From NCBI RefSeq assembly GCF_000016745.1, contig NC_009483.1:3630001-3662000 (forward strand): a DNA stretch of 32,000 bases, read 5' to 3'. Below, piece after piece: positions 26,601 through 29,288 of this stretch; positions within the stretch are counted from its first letter, which is position 1; every line of letters starts with the position of its first letter. Position numbers and translations under genes: made by a program. This stretch comes from Geotalea uraniireducens Rf4 (lineage in GTDB: Bacteria; Desulfobacterota; Desulfuromonadia; Geobacterales; Geobacteraceae). The notes beneath the pieces were generated by a model. It had not been told where the DNA came from. It was given only the letters and a program-made list of their open reading frames with translations, and did no database searches.

Positions 26601-29286
26601 TCACGGCATAGGCGTGCAACCGCTCCTCGTTTTTCGCTGAAAGCGGGACCAGCACCTGTACTTGCTGGTACCCGGCTGCTGCCGGTCGTCCCGCTCCGGG
26701 GACATATTCCTCCAGTATGATATGGGCATTGGAGCCGTAGGCACCAAAGGAGCTCAAGCCTGCCCTTCGGGGATAGCTGACCTCACGGCCGTTTTCAGTA
26801 ATCCTCGGGCATCTCCATTGTTCTAGCGAGCGCTGTACATAAAAAGGCGACTTTTTAAAATCGATGTAACTATTCAATTCTTCAGCATGCAGGGAGGGGA
26901 CGAGGACTTTGTGGTGCAGTTGCAGAAGCAGCTTATGCAAACCGCTGATACCCGCAGCGGACTCGGCATGCCCGATGTTCGACTTCACCGAACCGATCGA
27001 GCAGTATTGCTGATCCTGAGTGTATATTCGATATGCTCTCGCCAACCCCTGTATCTCAATCGGGTCTCCCAGCGATGTTCCTGTCCCGTGTGCCTCGACA
27101 TAGCTTATGGTTCGCGGATCGATACCGGTTTTCTCAACGCAGGTCTCGATCATATCCGCATGGGCTATGGGACTCGGCACGGTGACCCCGCTGACCGCGC
27201 CCACGTGATTAATGGCACTTCCACTGATGACTGCATAAATATGGTCCCCGTCCTCAATGGCTTTGTGCAACGGCTTCAGCAAAACGGCACCGACGCCTTC
27301 CGCCGAGACGTAGCCATCTCCACCATTGCCGAAGGTATGACAACGACCGTCGCTGGAGTGAAAATCCATCACACCGTAGGTCAGATATTTATATGGATGC
27401 AGGGATAAATTCACGCCGCCCGCCAGGGCCACTTCGCATTCCCCGTTCTTGATGCTTTCCAAAGCCAGGTGCACGGCAATAAGCGAGGAAGAACAAACTG
27501 TGTCAACCGCTATACTCGGACCGTGGAAGTTACAGAAATAGGACACACGGTTGGCAATCAGGGCACAACTCAATGACAGGGGGAATACTTCTCCTCCATC
27601 CACGGCTCTCGCTTCGAGCAGCGTATAATCCTTGTGCATGACGCCAGCGAATACGCCGACGTCCCGTCTTTTATGCCTGCCTCGCGAGGCGACCAGTGAA
27701 CTCGGCGTGTAGCCCGCATCTTCAATGGTTTCCCAGCAGGTTTCCAGGAACAACCGCTCCTGCGGATCGAGTACTTCAGCTTCCCTCGGTGAGATTCGAA
27801 AAAACTGAGGATCGAAACAGTCCGGGTCGTCTAAAAAGCCTCCCCATTCCGACATCTTCTTTCCGGAAGGTGACTTTATGCCGTGGAGTCGATGCAGTTC
27901 CCACCGGGATTCCGGAACCTCGGTGATGCAGTCCATGCCCGCTTTCAGGTTTTCCCAGAACTCATCGAGGTTTTTTGCCTTGGGATAACGGCCTGCCATT
28001 CCGATGATGGCGACATCGCTGCGGGTTGCAGAGGGTGCATCGATCCGCGGGGCCGCTTTCGGTCTTGGTTGGGAAACGACGGGACTTGCTGCTTGGGTCT
28101 TTTGACTCGGCGTTTGTGCTGCCGGAGATTTCCCGAACGCGTCAGGATATGTGAGGAAAAGATATTCGGCTAATTCCCCGATGGTCGTGTACTCAAATAG
28201 TAGTGTGGGCATAAGCTGAACCGACAGCTTTTCACCGATCACAGCTACTACCTCAAGCAGCGTCGGGGAATTCAAACCCATTTCATAATACCCGACCTGC
28301 GTCGAAATCTGATCTGCCGGTTGTCCCAGTTTTTCCGCGACCAGCTGTTGTAAAAACAGCTCCGCCTGGCTGCCCCGGGTCGAACTCGTCCCACTCATTC
28401 GGTTCATATCCCCATTCCCGCTGGGTGCAATCGGTCCTTTGGATGTGGCGACATCCTTCCGAAAGGGGTCTATCAAACCGGCCTCTCTGACCAATTTACC
28501 GGCGTAATTCTTCAACTCTCCGATTCTTCTGCCGGACTCGTCGAAAAAAGTCATGGTCAGGTAATTTATCTCTTTTTTTCTGGATACCGGGTTTTGAATC
28601 AGCGTTAGGCACCGTTTTTTAAACAAGGCCCCGGCAGAAAACGATTCATAACACAGTGGTAAAAAGAGGCTCCGGGCTGCCTTGTTCAGGGGGTCGAACA
28701 CCACACCTGAACCAATCGCGCTTGCGTCGATGAGAACCGGGTGAAACATGAAACCCTCGGCACTGGAGAGAGCTTCGTCACCGAGTGATATGTCAATGAG
28801 CGTGCCTTTCTCGCCTTGGTACACGGTCCCTTCAGCCTTCATGAACCCGGTATGCACCAAATCAAAAGACCGGCACCGCTCGTACACTTCTCCCAGACTG
28901 AATACTCGGTCCGCCGTTTTTTTAATAAGCTCCAGATCCTGCGTCTCTTCCAGGGCAGGAGTGTCGACGCGATGCATCTCGGCGGTTATAAAGAGTGTCT
29001 CAACCGGGCGCGATTTTGACCGCGCTCCTTCCACCCGAATCCGCCACCGACCGGCCTTGATTTCCTCGCAGTAAATGCCGATCTCCAAGTCGTCCTCGTC
29101 CGGTATCGTCAGCGGATTATGAATGGACAGGTTGCGCAGTTCGAGCCCCGCGTAATCATGGCCATTTTCCCGGAACAATTGGTACAGCATATCGATATAG
29201 GCCAACCCCGGGAGCAACTTACGACCATAGGCGGCATGATTCCTTACTATCGGGTGGTTGGACGATATACGGTACTGATCCTGCAT
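14677..29286 (-). CDS. giant trans-AT polyketide synthase subunit (~4869 aa): DH-ACP-KS-DH0-KR-ACP-KS-DH-ACP-KS-KR-ACP-KS0
   Basis: ORF track 14677..29292 (4871 aa, GTG-initiated). Preferred start is ATG 29286 with GGAGG at 29294-29298 (7-nt spacer); GTG 29292 remains possible. It carries four KS active-site cysteine motifs ([33 protein letters not shown]), two Rossmann KR motifs and four GxDS-type ACP motifs. Confidence 0.93.
   Translation of the reverse strand: [4869 protein letters not shown]
14698..14705 (-). promoter_or_regulatory. Shine-Dalgarno of gene C (GGGGAGAG), inside the 3' end of gene B
   Basis: Minus strand reads GGGGAGAGTTTGATGCAAAAT. The ATG at 14693 overlaps the end of gene B by 17 nt. 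Confidence 0.6.
14870..16105 (-). other. Gene B KS0 (first His -> Asn)
   Basis: [21 protein letters not shown] (Cys 15637-15639), [13 protein letters not shown] (Asn codon 15232-15234), [11 protein letters not shown]. Confidence 0.8.
16210..16450 (-). other. Gene B ACP4
   Basis: [20 protein letters not shown]; the D-S dipeptide is encoded at 16339-16344. Confidence 0.8.
16560..18040 (-). other. Gene B KR2 (with structural subdomain)
   Basis: [12 protein letters not shown] (~17255-17295); [28 protein letters not shown] (~16775-16830). Confidence 0.8.
18558..19865 (-). other. Gene B KS3 (Cys-His-His intact)
   Basis: [22 protein letters not shown] (Cys 19336-19338), [36 protein letters not shown]. 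Confidence 0.85.
20040..20290 (-). other. Gene B ACP3
   Basis: [24 protein letters not shown]; the D-S dipeptide is encoded at 20161-20166. Confidence 0.8.
20370..21215 (-). other. Gene B DH (motifs intact)
   Basis: [59 protein letters not shown]. Confidence 0.85.
20680..21215. repeat. Dispersed nucleotide-level repeat, copy 2 (N-terminal half of the gene B DH)
   Basis: Partner of 5440-5975 at a constant offset of 15237 nt over the best-matching part. Confidence 0.75.
21753..23020 (-). other. Gene B KS2 (divergent motifs, triad residues present)
   Basis: [23 protein letters not shown] (Cys 22522-22524), [15 protein letters not shown] instead of [33 protein letters not shown]. Confidence 0.75.
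23170..23420 (-). other. Gene B ACP2
   Basis: [19 protein letters not shown]; Ser codon 23299-23301. Confidence 0.8.
23500..24960 (-). other. Gene B KR1 (with structural subdomain)
   Basis: [13 protein letters not shown] (~24187-24230); [21 protein letters not shown] (~23765-23830). Confidence 0.8.
24965..25810 (-). other. Gene B DH0 (DH fold lacking the catalytic His)
   Basis: [46 protein letters not shown] aligns with ...[22 protein letters not shown]. DH becomes EP (25717-25725 encodes NEP) and PG becomes AA. [13 protein letters not shown] is retained. Confidence 0.75.
26245..26580 (-). other. ~112-aa insertion in the KS1 flanking subdomain with a carrier-protein-like sequence that lacks the Ser attachment site
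   Basis: [76 protein letters not shown] occupies the position of xYGxDS. The insert lies between LLEFL and [15 protein letters not shown], which are about 10 aa apart in the other modules. Confidence 0.6.
26703..28020 (-). other. Gene B KS1 (Cys-His-His intact)
   Basis: [21 protein letters not shown] (Cys 27493-27495), [36 protein letters not shown]. Confidence 0.85.
28150..28380 (-). other. Gene B ACP1 (GLNS variant)
   Basis: [25 protein letters not shown]; Ser codon 28267-28269. Confidence 0.7.
28480..29286 (-). other. Gene B N-terminal DH-type hot-dog domain, partner of the gene A KS0
   Basis: [24 protein letters not shown] (HxxxGxxxxP present); [14 protein letters not shown] (Asp present, Q/H of DxxxQ/H absent); no HPLL N-terminal segment. 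Confidence 0.7.
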
Positions 29287-29288
29287 TT

